From: Sulfuriferula sp.
Lineage (GTDB): Bacteria > Pseudomonadota > Gammaproteobacteria > Burkholderiales > Sulfuriferulaceae
NCBI GenBank assembly: GCA_035530335.1
Contig: DATKUZ010000028.1
Span: forward strand, 61,842-125,841
DNA length: 64,000 nucleotides
Reading direction: 5' to 3'
Below are positions 11,216-21,551 of this stretch, piece by piece. How positions within the stretch are numbered: the first letter of the stretch is position 1; each line of letters begins with the position of its first letter. Position numbers and translations under genes: made by a program. The notes beneath the pieces are model-generated. The model saw nothing but the letters and a program-made list of their open reading frames with translations, did not search any database and was not told the origin of the DNA.

Positions 11216-11922
11216 TTGTGTGTGCTATGCGACTTTTTGGTTGGCGCAGCCGCCGGTGCTTCCTGCTGGTTGGCTCCATTCTGCTGATTGCGATTGGCGA
11301 GCGTGCGAATCAGTCCATCAATGCCGGACTGGCGGATTTCGCTGCCAAACGAACTGCGATAGTTGGTCACCAGGCTCACGCCATCAATCGCCACATCGTA
11401 GACTTTCCAGCCGAAAGGTGTTTTTTCCATGCTGTAGTCGATCGGAATGGGCTGTGCGCCGGGCTGCTTTACCTGGGTCTGCACGGTCACGTCGGTCGCA
11501 CCTGGCGTCATGCTGAACGGTTTGAATTCGATTGTCTGGTTATTGAAAGCAGTCAGCGAGCTGGCATAGGTACGCACCAGCAGGGTACGAAATTCCTGAA
11601 TCAGCGACTGGCGCTGGGCTGGCGTGGCGCGCGGCCAATACTTGCCCACCGCAAGCATGGTCATATGGTTGAAGTCGAAATTGGGCAGGATCTTGGCGTC
11701 CACCAGTTCGTATACCTTGTGGGAGTCACCGGATTGAATGTCCTTGTCCTTTTTAAGGATGGCAACCACTTCCTGGGTAGTGGTCCTGACCAGCACATCG
11801 GGCGCCACATCGGCGGCCGCAGCCTGTCCCTGTGCGACAACCAGCAGGGTCAGCGCAGCCAGGCTGGCGAGCAGCCATTTTGTTGCATGCGTGAATGATT
11901 TCAACCGGGGTTCATGCGTCAT
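11212..11922 (-). CDS. mlaC: Periplasmic phospholipid shuttle MlaC/Ttg2D
   Basis: Signal peptide, FDF..MT.LAVG.YW, LVRTY, WKVYDV.IDGVSLVTNYRSSF. Confidence 0.92.
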   Translation of the reverse strand: MTHEPRLKSFTHATKWLLASLAALTLLVVAQGQAAAADVAPDVLVRTTTQEVVAILKKDKDIQSGDSHKVYELVDAKILPNFDFNHMTMLAVGKYWPRATPAQRQSLIQEFRTLLVRTYASSLTAFNNQTIEFKPFSMTPGATDVTVQTQVKQPGAQPIPIDYSMEKTPFGWKVYDVAIDGVSLVTNYRSSFGSEIRQSGIDGLIRTLANRNQQNGANQQEAPAAAPTKKSHSTHK

Positions 11923-11948
11923 GATTTGTATCGACCTTTAGGGGTTGT

Positions 11949-13316
11949 TTATTTGAGTTCACCGACAGCGCGGTACATTTGGGCAACATCCATGTTGTAA
12001 TCGTTCACCGTTTTCAGGTACTCGGCCTGGGTAAGCGCATAGGTTTTCAGTGCCTCGGCGACTTTATCGGCCTGCTCCAGACCGGCGTTGAAATCCGCCA
12101 GCGAGGAAATCATCCAGCGCCGCGCCGCCCTGGCGCCCTCGGCCAGATCGCGCTGCGCGTCGTAGTTGGCCCGAACCTGCTGATACGCCGCGGACACCTG
12201 GAACGGAATCCCGGCCTGCGCGTACTGGTTTTTATAATTGAGCGCTTCCAGCTCGGCCTGCTCCTGCGCCACCTTGGCCGGTACCACGTCAAATTCCATG
12301 TCCCATTTCACCCCGACCACCGGGGTCAGGCCGGCGTTGTTGAAGGGGTCATAGACATAGGGATTGTTGAGGCGATCGCGGCGCGATGCGTAATTTGCCG
12401 TGCCTACGATACCCGCATAGACGTCCGGATATTTTTCCGATTTTTTCGCTGCCACCAGCGCACGGCGGGCACGCAGCCCCGCTTCCAGTTGCGCCATTTC
12501 CGGGCGATCCAGCAGCGCACGCGACTGCAAATCTGCCAGGTTATCCTTGGGCAACGCCACCGGCGTCAGGCTGTCGTCGGCCACCTGCAGATCGGCATCC
12601 ATGCCCACGCCGGTGAGCACCTTCAGGCCATCCAGGCTGATTTTTTCGATGGCTTTGGCCTGGCTCATGTATTTGCCCAGCATGCCGCGCGCCGCCTGCA
12701 GCGCATACAAATCCGATTGCTTGGATTCGCCATTGTCGTCCTTCAGGTTGTGGCTAACGCGGTTCACCGCACTGTCCAGCCGGCTCTGCACGTCTTCCAG
12801 CAGGCGGCGCGAATCCCGCGCGGCAAGATAGCCATAGTAAGCGCGCTTGACGTCCAGCACCGTGTCCGCCTTGCTGATGCGCACATCGCCGCGCTTGACA
12901 TCGATATTGCCCTGCGCAGCCTCGCTGTAATGCTGGATTTTTCCAAACGTAAACAGCGGCTTGATCAGCGCAACCTGCAACGAGGTCCAGTCGGACAGGC
13001 CACCCGGAAACGGACCGTCGGTACGCGGCGTCGTACCGGAGGTGGCGCCGCCCTGATAAAAGCCACCCTTCACCTCGGGTGCCAGCCCCACAAACAGATT
13101 GGCGTTAACACGCCAGCCATCCTTGGCCTGGGCTTGTTCGAGCAGGGCGCGCGCCGATTCCACCAGCTGCTCGCGCTCCTTGACCCGCGGATCGGCGTTC
13201 AGACTCATTTGCACAGCCTGCTGCAGGTTAACGGTTTGCGCCAAGCCCGTTGTTGGCAACGCAACTACCAGCACCAGCATGAAGCGGGATAATGCACTCA
13301 TTTTTTTCATTTTCAT
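11949..13316 (-). CDS. TolC/outer-membrane efflux protein (OEP) family channel
   Basis: Signal peptide, two OEP repeats (PLFTFGK..., DVKRAYY..L.A; RPE..Q...., P.V...), amphipathic helices. Its start overlaps the mlaD stop (ATGA). Confidence 0.85.
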   Translation of the reverse strand: MKMKKMSALSRFMLVLVVALPTTGLAQTVNLQQAVQMSLNADPRVKEREQLVESARALLEQAQAKDGWRVNANLFVGLAPEVKGGFYQGGATSGTTPRTDGPFPGGLSDWTSLQVALIKPLFTFGKIQHYSEAAQGNIDVKRGDVRISKADTVLDVKRAYYGYLAARDSRRLLEDVQSRLDSAVNRVSHNLKDDNGESKQSDLYALQAARGMLGKYMSQAKAIEKISLDGLKVLTGVGMDADLQVADDSLTPVALPKDNLADLQSRALLDRPEMAQLEAGLRARRALVAAKKSEKYPDVYAGIVGTANYASRRDRLNNPYVYDPFNNAGLTPVVGVKWDMEFDVVPAKVAQEQAELEALNYKNQYAQAGIPFQVSAAYQQVRANYDAQRDLAEGARAARRWMISSLADFNAGLEQADKVAEALKTYALTQAEYLKTVNDYNMDVAQMYRAVGELK

Positions 13317-13831
13317 TGTTGAATTCCTTGTGTTGCGGGAGCGCCTGCCGGGGCAGGTGCCGGGGGTTTGGCCGATCCACCCGCAGCCTTGTCGTAAAGA
13401 AATTGGCCAATCAGATTTTCCAGCACCACAGCCGACTGGGTGATCTGGATTTTATCGCCATTGGCCAGTTTTTTGTCACTGCCGCCTGCATCCAGCCCGA
13501 TGTATTGTTCCCCCAGCAGCCCGGAAGTCAGAATCGCCGCGATGGTGTCCTTGGGGAAAGTGTAGCGTTTGTCCAGACTCAGGGTAACTGTTGCCTCGTA
13601 AGTCTTGTCGTCAAACGCGATCTGGCTCACCCGCCCAACCACCACGCCCGCGCTTTTTACCGCTGCACGTGGCTTGAGCCCGCCGATATTGTCGAACTGT
13701 GCCGTTACAGTATAGCCGTCGGACATACTAAAACTGCTCATGTTCCCCACCTTGAACGCTAGTACCAGCAAAGCCGCCAGCCCCGCCGCCACAAATACGC
13801 CCACCCACAAATCGAGTGCGGTTCTTTCCAT
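13313..13831 (-). CDS. mlaD: MCE-domain protein MlaD
   Basis: VGVFV.AG, F.NIGGLK.RA.V..AGV.VGRV, I.TSGLLGEQYI. Confidence 0.95.
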   Translation of the reverse strand: MERTALDLWVGVFVAAGLAALLVLAFKVGNMSSFSMSDGYTVTAQFDNIGGLKPRAAVKSAGVVVGRVSQIAFDDKTYEATVTLSLDKRYTFPKDTIAAILTSGLLGEQYIGLDAGGSDKKLANGDKIQITQSAVVLENLIGQFLYDKAAGGSAKPPAPAPAGAPATQGIQQ

Positions 13832-13835
13832 TTGC

Positions 13836-14630
13836 CTATACCCCTTTGAACATGAATGCGGTGAGCACGAAATCCAGCGCCAGAATCGCCAGCGAGGAAG
13901 TCACCACCGTACGCGTGGTCGCGCGCGACACGCCCTCTGCCGTGGGCGGCGCGTCGTAACCTTCAAATAACGCAATTGCCGTAACCGCGAAACCAAACAC
14001 AACACTTTTGATGACGCCGTTAATTACATCGTGGCGCACATCCACCGCCGCCTGCATCTGCGACCAGAATGAGCCCTCGTCAACGCCGATCAGCACCACG
14101 CCCACCAGATAGCCGCCGAACACACCCATGGCAGAAAAAATGGCCGCCAGCAGAGGCATCGAGATCACGCCTGCCCAAAAACGCGGCGCCACTACGCGAG
14201 CGATGGGATCCACAGCCATCATTTCCAGCGCATTTAATTGTTCAGTCGCTTTCATCAGGCCGATTTCTGCGGTAATCGCGGAGCCGGCGCGACTGGCAAA
14301 TAACAGTGCCGCCACTACCGGCCCCAGTTCGCGCACCAGTGACAATGCAACCAGTACCCCCAGAGCCTGTTCCGAGCCATAGGTTTTCAAAGTCTCGTAA
14401 CCCTGCAAGCCCAGCACCATGCCGACGAATAAGCCGGAAACCACTATAATGATGAGCGACAGCACCCCACTGGAATAAATTTCGCGGATAACCAGATTGA
14501 AACGTGCAAAGCTCGTTCCCGAGCGCATCAGCGTCAGCGCCAGAAAACGTGATGCATAACCCAAACGCCAGATGCTATCGATGACCCGATGGCCGATTCT
14601 GGAAAACAAACGCCCACCCAGACGCATCAT
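13836..14630 (-). CDS. mlaE: Mla permease
   Basis: [36 protein letters not shown]. Confidence 0.95.
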   Translation of the reverse strand: MMRLGGRLFSRIGHRVIDSIWRLGYASRFLALTLMRSGTSFARFNLVIREIYSSGVLSLIIIVVSGLFVGMVLGLQGYETLKTYGSEQALGVLVALSLVRELGPVVAALLFASRAGSAITAEIGLMKATEQLNALEMMAVDPIARVVAPRFWAGVISMPLLAAIFSAMGVFGGYLVGVVLIGVDEGSFWSQMQAAVDVRHDVINGVIKSVVFGFAVTAIALFEGYDAPPTAEGVSRATTRTVVTSSLAILALDFVLTAFMFKGV

Positions 14631-15436
14631 TTGTGCGCCCCTAAACCCAGGTCTTTGCCGTAGTCTGCGGCAGGGTAATGGAACGGCACCGGGCCATCCT
14701 CCTCGCCATGCACAAACTGGTGCACGAAAGGCAAGCCTGATGCACGAATCTGATCCGGTGTGCCTTCAGCCTCGATCGCCCCCTCGGAGACGAAATAGAC
14801 ATAATCGACAATCTTGAGGGATTCATGCACGTCGTGGGTGACTACAATAGAGGTCAGCCCGAGCGTATCGGTCAACCTGCGGATCAAATTGCCCACCACA
14901 CCCAGCGAAATCGGATCAAGTCCGGCGAACGGTTCATCGTACATGATCAGCATCGGGTCGAGCGCCACCGCCCGCGCCAGTGCGACGCGCCGTGCCATGC
15001 CGCCGGACAGCTCGGCGGGCATCAGCTTGCTGGCACCGCGCAAGCCCACTGCGTGCAGTTTCATCAACACCAGATCACGGATGACGGCTTCAGACAAATC
15101 GGTATGTTCACGCATCTGGAAAGCGACGTTGTCGAACACCGACATGTCGGTAAACAGCGCACCAAACTGAAATAGCATGCCCATTTTGCGGCGCAACTGA
15201 TACAGCGCCTGCTGGTCAAGATCATGCACCAGCTGCCCAGCCACACTCACCTCGCCCTTGCTGGGGCGCAGTTGCCCACCGATCAGTCGTAACAGCGTGG
15301 TTTTACCACAACCACTGCCACCCATGATGGCGATCACCTTGCCACGCGGCGCAACAAGATTGATCCCTTGCAGAATCGGGCGCTTGCCATAGGCGAAAGA
15401 AAGATTACGAATTTCGACCAGATTATCTGTCGACAC
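14627..15436 (-). CDS. mlaF: Mla ATP-binding subunit
   Basis: [43 protein letters not shown]. Confidence 0.95.
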   Translation of the reverse strand: MSTDNLVEIRNLSFAYGKRPILQGINLVAPRGKVIAIMGGSGCGKTTLLRLIGGQLRPSKGEVSVAGQLVHDLDQQALYQLRRKMGMLFQFGALFTDMSVFDNVAFQMREHTDLSEAVIRDLVLMKLHAVGLRGASKLMPAELSGGMARRVALARAVALDPMLIMYDEPFAGLDPISLGVVGNLIRRLTDTLGLTSIVVTHDVHESLKIVDYVYFVSEGAIEAEGTPDQIRASGLPFVHQFVHGEEDGPVPFHYPAADYGKDLGLGAHK

Positions 15437-15494
15437 GGCTACGCCTTAAATTTAAGTTGAACGGATTTTATAACGGCTGGACGGCGCGAACAAT

Positions 15495-15980
15495 TTAATA
15501 ACCCAGAATTTCCAGCAATGTGACGGCCTGTTGCAAATCGGCCACAGCCTGCGTCTGACTGATCAGGTAACACGGCGTTCCAGGCGTTTGTACACGTTGC
15601 TGAATTTGCGTCGACAGCGCGCGCCAATCCGGCACGGCGGGCAGCCACATACAAGACGCCTGCAAGGCTGCCGCGGTGTCAGCCAGGCCGGTGCGCGGCG
15701 CGAGTATCGCCAGGCGCACGCGATCGGCTTCCGACAAGCTGGCTGGCGTCTCCAGCACAAAACGAAAACGCGGCAGGGTGTCGTCCAGCCACTGCACCAG
15801 CGTTGCCTCGGGCTGTTGCGCCCAGGCACTGTAGCCGAGATAACAGCAAGTAAAGAAATTATTGTAGTAAGTAAGCCGCCAGTCCGCCGGAAGATCGTCC
15901 GGGTAGAAGTTCCCCGCCCAGTCCTCGTGCTCCCAGCCGCGCGCGCCCACATAACACGTATAGTTTGGCGAATTCGTCAT
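15495..15980 (-). CDS. Short DUF72-like protein
   Basis: VG..GW.H..W.G.FYP.DLP..WRL.YY matches the DUF72 N-terminus. About 161 aa from MTNSPNY. Confidence 0.6.
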   Translation of the reverse strand: MTNSPNYTCYVGARGWEHEDWAGNFYPDDLPADWRLTYYNNFFTCCYLGYSAWAQQPEATLVQWLDDTLPRFRFVLETPASLSEADRVRLAILAPRTGLADTAAALQASCMWLPAVPDWRALSTQIQQRVQTPGTPCYLISQTQAVADLQQAVTLLEILGY

Positions 15981-16021
15981 GATACTGGCATTATAACAGC
16001 CCCCTGTGACCCGCTCCGGCC

Positions 16022-17074
16022 ATGCAATTCGACCTGTTTTACGAGATTTCCCAGCCACCGCACCTGGCACGCAGCGAGGCGCAGGCATTCGCCGATACCC
16101 TGGCCGAAATCGAGCTGGCCGACCGTCTCGGTTTCGGTTGTGCGTGGCTGGTCGAGCATCATTTCATGCGCGGCTACTCGCATTCTTCCAAGCCTGATCT
16201 GGTGCTGGCCGCGGCCAGCCAGCGCACCCGGCGCATCCGCCTGGGCTTGAGTGTGGTACCGCTGCCCTACCACCACCCCGTGCATGTTGCCGAGCGCGTT
16301 GCCACCCTGGACATCCTCACCGGCGGCCGCCTGGAACTGGGCATCGGACGCGGCTTCTCGCCCCAGGAGTATGGTGTGTTCGGTGCCGCCATGAGCGACA
16401 GCCGCAGCCGCACGGCGGAGTCGCTGGCGATCCTGCGCCAGTCATTCTTGCGCCGCCCGGTCACCTTTCATGGCGAACATTATCAACTGGATGCGCTGGA
16501 TATCCTGCCCTACCCGGTGCAATCCCCGCATCCGCCGCTGTGGACCGCAGCAGTCAGCCCGGACACTTTCACCTGGGCGGCGCAGCAACAGCTCGGAATG
16601 CTGGCCGGCCCGTTCAAGCCGTGGATGATGGTGAAACACGACATCCGCAACTATCTCGACAGCGCGGCTGCCGCGCCTGCGCCGCGTGCCGGCATGACCG
16701 TCGGCATCGTCTGCCTGCCCGACGGCAAGCGTGCCCGCGAGCTCGCCAAACCGGCGCTGACGTGGTTTTACAATGCGCTCTTCGCGACCACGCTGCCGGT
16801 GCTGGAAAAACTCTACCCCAGTTATGAGCACTTTCACGATCTAGGACGCTTTCGCAGCCTGATGAAGCTCGGCATCAATCTCAAGCTGCTGGAAACATTC
16901 GGCATGGCCGTCGTGGGCACGCCCGCAGAATGTATCGAGAAACTGCAAAAATATCGTGAGGCCGGGGTGACCAACCTGCTCTGCGCGGTAGGTGCCGGCG
17001 CGCTCCCGACCGAGGTCATCCAGGAATCCATGCACTGCATTGCAGAGGACGTCATGCCTGCTTTGCGCATCTGA
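16022..17074 (+). CDS. Luciferase-like (LLM-class) flavin-dependent monooxygenase
   Basis: ADRLGF..AWLVEHHF, AA..QRT.RIRLG, HP..VAE..ATLD.L..GRL.LGIGRG. Confidence 0.88.
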   Translation: MQFDLFYEISQPPHLARSEAQAFADTLAEIELADRLGFGCAWLVEHHFMRGYSHSSKPDLVLAAASQRTRRIRLGLSVVPLPYHHPVHVAERVATLDILTGGRLELGIGRGFSPQEYGVFGAAMSDSRSRTAESLAILRQSFLRRPVTFHGEHYQLDALDILPYPVQSPHPPLWTAAVSPDTFTWAAQQQLGMLAGPFKPWMMVKHDIRNYLDSAAAAPAPRAGMTVGIVCLPDGKRARELAKPALTWFYNALFATTLPVLEKLYPSYEHFHDLGRFRSLMKLGINLKLLETFGMAVVGTPAECIEKLQKYREAGVTNLLCAVGAGALPTEVIQESMHCIAEDVMPALRI

Positions 17075-17079
17075 ACGCC

Positions 17080-17964
17080 ATGCGTATATTCATTAGCGGT
17101 AGCGCCAGCCACCTTGCCCGCGCCCTGTTGCCGCGCCTGTGCGGTGACCCGGCAATCGAATCGGTGCTCGGCCTGGATATCCGGCCGGGATGGTTTGAGC
17201 ACCGGAAATATCGCCACGTCCAGGCGGATCTGCGCGATGTCGGTCTCGCCCCGCTGCTGCAAGGCAGCGACGGCCTGGTGCACCTGGCTTTTGTGGTGCT
17301 GCGCGGCAAGACCCCGGCGCACGCCATGCGCGCGATCAACCTGGATGCCTCGCAGCGATTGTTTGCTGCGGCCAGCGCGACGGGTGTGGCCCGGCAGGTG
17401 CACCTGTCCAGCGCGGCAGTGTACGGCAGCGGCGTGCTGGTCAATGAAGCCGCACCGCTCAAGCCTATCCCGGGGTTTCTGTATGGCGAGCACAAAGCCG
17501 AACTGGAACACTGGCTCGCAGCGCACTGTCCGAATGTAGTGCGTCTGCGCCCGCACATCATCCTCGGCGCCCATGCCCAGCCGCTGCTGAAGACTCTGCT
17601 GCGTCAGCCGTTCTATGTACGCCTGCCCGATCCGCAGCCGCTGCTGCAATGCGTGCACGAAGACGACGTGGCCGCGGCGATTATGCTGGCGCTGGAGCAT
17701 CCAGCAAACGGTGCATACAATCTGGCTGCGGACGACAGCTTCAGCTTCCGCGACGCGATTCGCGCACGTAGCCGCGTGGCGGTGCCGATTGCACCAAAAC
17801 TTGCCGGCGCGGCATTGAATCTTGTCTGGAAATTGACCGGAGCAGGCGGTGAACCCGGCTGGATGGAGGGTGTGCACCGGAGCCTTACATTGGACTGCGG
17901 CCGCGCTCGCAATGAACTCGGCTGGCGTCCGCTGCACACCAGCCGGGATATGCTGACGCGCTAA
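17080..17964 (+). CDS. Extended SDR / NAD-dependent epimerase-dehydratase family protein
   Basis: RIFISGSASHLA, HLAF, HLSSAAVYG, YGEHK (YxxxK), LQ.VH.DDVA.A. Confidence 0.8.
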   Translation: MRIFISGSASHLARALLPRLCGDPAIESVLGLDIRPGWFEHRKYRHVQADLRDVGLAPLLQGSDGLVHLAFVVLRGKTPAHAMRAINLDASQRLFAAASATGVARQVHLSSAAVYGSGVLVNEAAPLKPIPGFLYGEHKAELEHWLAAHCPNVVRLRPHIILGAHAQPLLKTLLRQPFYVRLPDPQPLLQCVHEDDVAAAIMLALEHPANGAYNLAADDSFSFRDAIRARSRVAVPIAPKLAGAALNLVWKLTGAGGEPGWMEGVHRSLTLDCGRARNELGWRPLHTSRDMLTR

Positions 17965-17965
17965 A

Positions 17966-19333
17966 TTAGTCGCGCCGCCAGCTGGTGCCTTGAGCGCCGT
18001 CTTCCAGCACGATGCCTGCATCCAGCAATTGCTTGCGAATACGATCTCCCTCGGCAAAGTTTTTCACCTTGCGTGCGCTGGCGCGGTCAGCAATCAGCTG
18101 TTCTATCTGTTGTGCCGAATAATCGCTGCCGGCCAGCGTTTGCAGATAGGTCGCCGGGTTGTTTTGCAGCAAACCCAGCACGCCGCCAAGCGCCCGCAGC
18201 AGTGCTGCATCCTGCGCCGAACGCGACTTGTTGGTCTCGCCCGCCAGTTCGAACAGCACCGCCATGGCCTCGGCAGTATTGAAGTCGTCGTCCATCGCCG
18301 CCTTGAAGCGCGCCGCCTGCGGGTGCGCCCAATCGATCTGGATGTCCAGCGGCGAAATATCCCGCAACGCGGTGTACAGCCGGGTCAGCGACTGCCTGGC
18401 GTCATCCAGATGCTGGTCGGAATAATTCAGCGGGCTGCGGTAATGCGCACGCAGGATAAAGAAGCGCACGGTTTCGGCATCGTAGCGGGTCAGCACTTCG
18501 CGGATGGTGAAGAAATTGCCCAGCGACTTGGACATCTTTTCGTTATCCACGCGCACAAAACCGTTGTGCATCCAGTAATTCACAAAGGTGCAGCCGTGTG
18601 CGCCCTCGGACTGCGCGATCTCGTTTTCATGGTGCGGGAACTGCAAATCCTGCCCGCCGCCGTGGATGTCGAAATGTGCGCCGAAGTAATGCTCGCTCAT
18701 TGCCGAACATTCGATATGCCAGCCCGGGCGCCCTGCTCCCCACGGCGAATCCCACGCGGGTTCGCCTGCTTTGGCGGCTTTCCACAGCACGAAATCGAGC
18801 GGGTCGCGCTTGTTCCTGTCCACCTCGACGCGCTCGCCTGCATGCAATTCGTCCAGCGATTTCCCGGACAACTTGCCGTAACCGGGAAAAGCATGCACGG
18901 CATAGTACACATCACCATTGGCGGCAGGATAAGCCAGGCCACGCGCGATCAGGGTTTCGATCATGTGCAGCATGGGCGCGACAAATTCGGTGGCGCGCGG
19001 CTCGTGGGTGGGCGGCAGCACGCCCAGCGCAGCGGCGTCCTGGTTCATCGCGGCGATGAAGCGCGCGGTGAGTTCATTGATTGATTCCTTGTTCTCGGCG
19101 GCACGCTTGATGATTTTGTCGTCGATGTCAGTCACGTTGCGCACGTACTCGACTGCATAGCCCGACGCGCGCAGCCAGCGCGTCACCATATCGAATACCA
19201 CCAGCACGCGTGCATGGCCCAGATGGCAATAGTCGTATACCGTCATGCCGCACACATACATGCGCACACGGCCAGGGTTGATCGGAACAAAGACCTGCTT
19301 CTCGCGGCCCAGGGAATTGTAGATGGTCAACAT
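17966..19333 (-). CDS. cysS: Cysteinyl-tRNA synthetase
   Basis: [50 protein letters not shown]. Confidence 0.98.
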   Translation of the reverse strand: MLTIYNSLGREKQVFVPINPGRVRMYVCGMTVYDYCHLGHARVLVVFDMVTRWLRASGYAVEYVRNVTDIDDKIIKRAAENKESINELTARFIAAMNQDAAALGVLPPTHEPRATEFVAPMLHMIETLIARGLAYPAANGDVYYAVHAFPGYGKLSGKSLDELHAGERVEVDRNKRDPLDFVLWKAAKAGEPAWDSPWGAGRPGWHIECSAMSEHYFGAHFDIHGGGQDLQFPHHENEIAQSEGAHGCTFVNYWMHNGFVRVDNEKMSKSLGNFFTIREVLTRYDAETVRFFILRAHYRSPLNYSDQHLDDARQSLTRLYTALRDISPLDIQIDWAHPQAARFKAAMDDDFNTAEAMAVLFELAGETNKSRSAQDAALLRALGGVLGLLQNNPATYLQTLAGSDYSAQQIEQLIADRASARKVKNFAEGDRIRKQLLDAGIVLEDGAQGTSWRRD

Positions 19334-19650
19334 GGCATGTTCAGACAAAACGTGCGGGAATAAAGGCAAGACTGCAAGTTACGATTTTGAATCAGTGGGA
19401 GTTCTTGCTAGAATTGGCCTCCAGGCTGAGTCCGCCCGAGTATATCATAATGAAGCGCACCCCCATTTTCGTACCGTTGTCTGCATCCTGTTCGGCTTTG
19501 CCGATCAGCGTTCATGCCATCAACGCGCTCCATAAACCGTAGCCATATCTTCATCAAGCCGCACCCGTCAAAGATAATACTGGATGCAACAACACGGCCA
19601 GTGGAAATCGTAGCCAGAGCAATGCCTAACTCAATCAGGAGATATACCCC

Positions 19651-20142
19651 ATGGTCAAACTGCATACCAACTACGGCGTCATCACGCTCGACCTTTACGC
19701 TGACAAGGCGCCCAAAACCGTCGCCAACTTCCTCGACTATGTAAATAGCGGCGCTTATAACAACACCATTTTTCATCGCGTGATTGACGGCTTCATGGTG
19801 CAGGGCGGCGGGTTCGAACCCGGCATGAGCCAGAAGCCGACCAATGCCCCGGTTGAAAACGAAGCCGGCAATGGCCTCAAAAACGAGGCCTATACCGTTG
19901 CCATGGCGCGCACCGGAGACCCGCACTCAGCCACTGCGCAGTTCTTCATCAATGTCGCCAACAACAGCTTCCTCAATTTCACTTCGGCCACGCCGCAGGG
20001 TTTTGGCTACTGCGTATTCGGCAAGGTAGTGGAAGGCCAGGAGGTGGTGGATAAAATCAAGAAAGTCAAAACTGGAAACCGCGCCGGCCATCAGGACGTG
20101 CCAGTTGAAGACATCATCATCGAGCGTGCCGAAGTAGCCTGA
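19651..20142 (+). CDS. ppiB: Cyclophilin-type peptidyl-prolyl isomerase
   Basis: [39 protein letters not shown]. Confidence 0.95.
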   Translation: MVKLHTNYGVITLDLYADKAPKTVANFLDYVNSGAYNNTIFHRVIDGFMVQGGGFEPGMSQKPTNAPVENEAGNGLKNEAYTVAMARTGDPHSATAQFFINVANNSFLNFTSATPQGFGYCVFGKVVEGQEVVDKIKKVKTGNRAGHQDVPVEDIIIERAEVA

Positions 20143-20146
20143 TCCC

Positions 20147-20899
20147 ATGGGCGAGTGCGCTCACAGCCTGTTCATTTCCGACCTGCATCTGTGCGACAGC
20201 CGGCCGCAAATCAGCCGGCTGTTTTTTGAATTCCTGGAAACGCACGCGCGTAGCGCCGAAGCTCTGTACATTCTCGGGGATCTGTTCGAGTCCTGGGTGG
20301 GCGATGATGAGGACACACCGTTGAGCCGCAGCGTTGCCGATGGATTACGCCGTCTCTCCGACTGTGGCGTAGCGGTGTACTTGATGCACGGCAATCGCGA
20401 TTTTTTGCTGGCGCAGCAATTTGCCGATGCCAGTGGCGCGCATCTGCTCGCTGATCCCACGCTGCTGGACCTGTACGGTCAGCCGACCTTGCTGATGCAT
20501 GGCGACACGCTGTGCACCGATGACAAAGCCTATCTGGCCTTCCGCGCGCAGGTGCGCGATGCTGCCTGGCAGACCGGCTTCCTGGCCCTGCCGCTCGCCG
20601 TGCGCCGCACCATGGCACAGCAGGCACGCAGCCAGAGCGAACACGACAAACAGGAAAAATCCGCCGCGATCATGGACGTCAATCAGCAGGCTGTGATCGA
20701 AATCCTGCGCGAATACGCCTATCCGCGCCTGATTCATGGTCATACCCACCGCCCTGCACACCACGAATTACAGGTGGACGGACATGCCTGCGAGCGCTGG
20801 GTATTGCCGGACTGGTACGACAGCGGCAGCTATCTGCGCTGCGATGCAACAGGATGCAGCGCGCATCCGCTCACTTGCCCTGAAGCTGGTCCGCGTTGA
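20147..20899 (+). CDS. lpxH: UDP-2,3-diacylglucosamine hydrolase
   Basis: FISDLHL, LGDLFE.WVGDD, HGNRDFL, HGD.LCTDD, IHGHTHRP. Adjacent to ppiB as usual. Confidence 0.93.
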   Translation: MGECAHSLFISDLHLCDSRPQISRLFFEFLETHARSAEALYILGDLFESWVGDDEDTPLSRSVADGLRRLSDCGVAVYLMHGNRDFLLAQQFADASGAHLLADPTLLDLYGQPTLLMHGDTLCTDDKAYLAFRAQVRDAAWQTGFLALPLAVRRTMAQQARSQSEHDKQEKSAAIMDVNQQAVIEILREYAYPRLIHGHTHRPAHHELQVDGHACERWVLPDWYDSGSYLRCDATGCSAHPLTCPEAGPR

Positions 20900-21551
20900 T
20901 CATTTTGTACGTTGGCGGCAACTGGAACAATGCCGCTTGCAATGTCCGCGTGCCATGCGAAACATAGCGGCGGCTGCGGCCATTGGCGTACACCTCTTCA
21001 ATCGGCAGACCGTATTGCAGGGTGCGCCGAATCTCGAAAACATGTTGTACCAGATCGCATTCGTCACGCATTTCCGGGGGTGTGCGCTGCCAGGTTAGCG
21101 CCTCCACCGATGCCAGCGTTTGCCGATAGGTGGCCAGCGCCGACACCACATCCGGCAACAACTTGTCTGCGGCCGTGATCTCCATGCAGGGCTTGCCATT
21201 GATGCCAAGGGTGAATTTACGCGTATTGCCCGGCAGCTGTTTGACCTGCTCCTGGATTTTCCAGGGAATGGGTCGCGCCAGCGTCAGCGGATGCGGGTTG
21301 TAGCGATACACACTGGCCTCACTCTGCACCACGTTGTAAATGGTGCCCGCGTGGCGATCCATCAAAATGAAATCGTCTGCATCCTTGCCCGAATCCATGC
21401 GCATGAAATTCTTGTTCACCAGGATGCGGGTGGGATAAGCCGCCGTACCGGGATCATGATCGAGATAGTCAAGCTCGGTCATGCTCTCGGCAAACCCCAA
21501 TATTGGCCATAGCAGAACCAGCCAGAGCAATTTTTTAGTCAGGCTGTTCAT
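20871..21551 (-). CDS. Exported hypothetical protein (DUF4412-like beta-rich)
   Basis: Signal peptide-like N-terminus. Start overlaps the metZ stop by 4 nt. Confidence 0.6.
   Translation of the reverse strand: MNSLTKKLLWLVLLWPILGFAESMTELDYLDHDPGTAAYPTRILVNKNFMRMDSGKDADDFILMDRHAGTIYNVVQSEASVYRYNPHPLTLARPIPWKIQEQVKQLPGNTRKFTLGINGKPCMEITAADKLLPDVVSALATYRQTLASVEALTWQRTPPEMRDECDLVQHVFEIRRTLQYGLPIEEVYANGRSRRYVSHGTRTLQAALFQLPPTYKMINADQLQGK

Noticed and set aside
11979-13292. 437-aa plus-strand ORF, and similar long antisense ORFs (17990-19084, 27298-28569, 35900-36919, 39640-40920, 50690-52006)
   Set aside because: These are in-register shadows of well-supported minus-strand genes in GC-rich DNA, with no recognisable motifs.
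19450-19629. Possible small secreted ORF with an internal TAG between cysS and ppiB (MKRTPIFV...VHA)
   Set aside because: Only a 30-codon open stretch with a weak signal peptide and no recognisable homology, so a pseudogene call cannot be supported.
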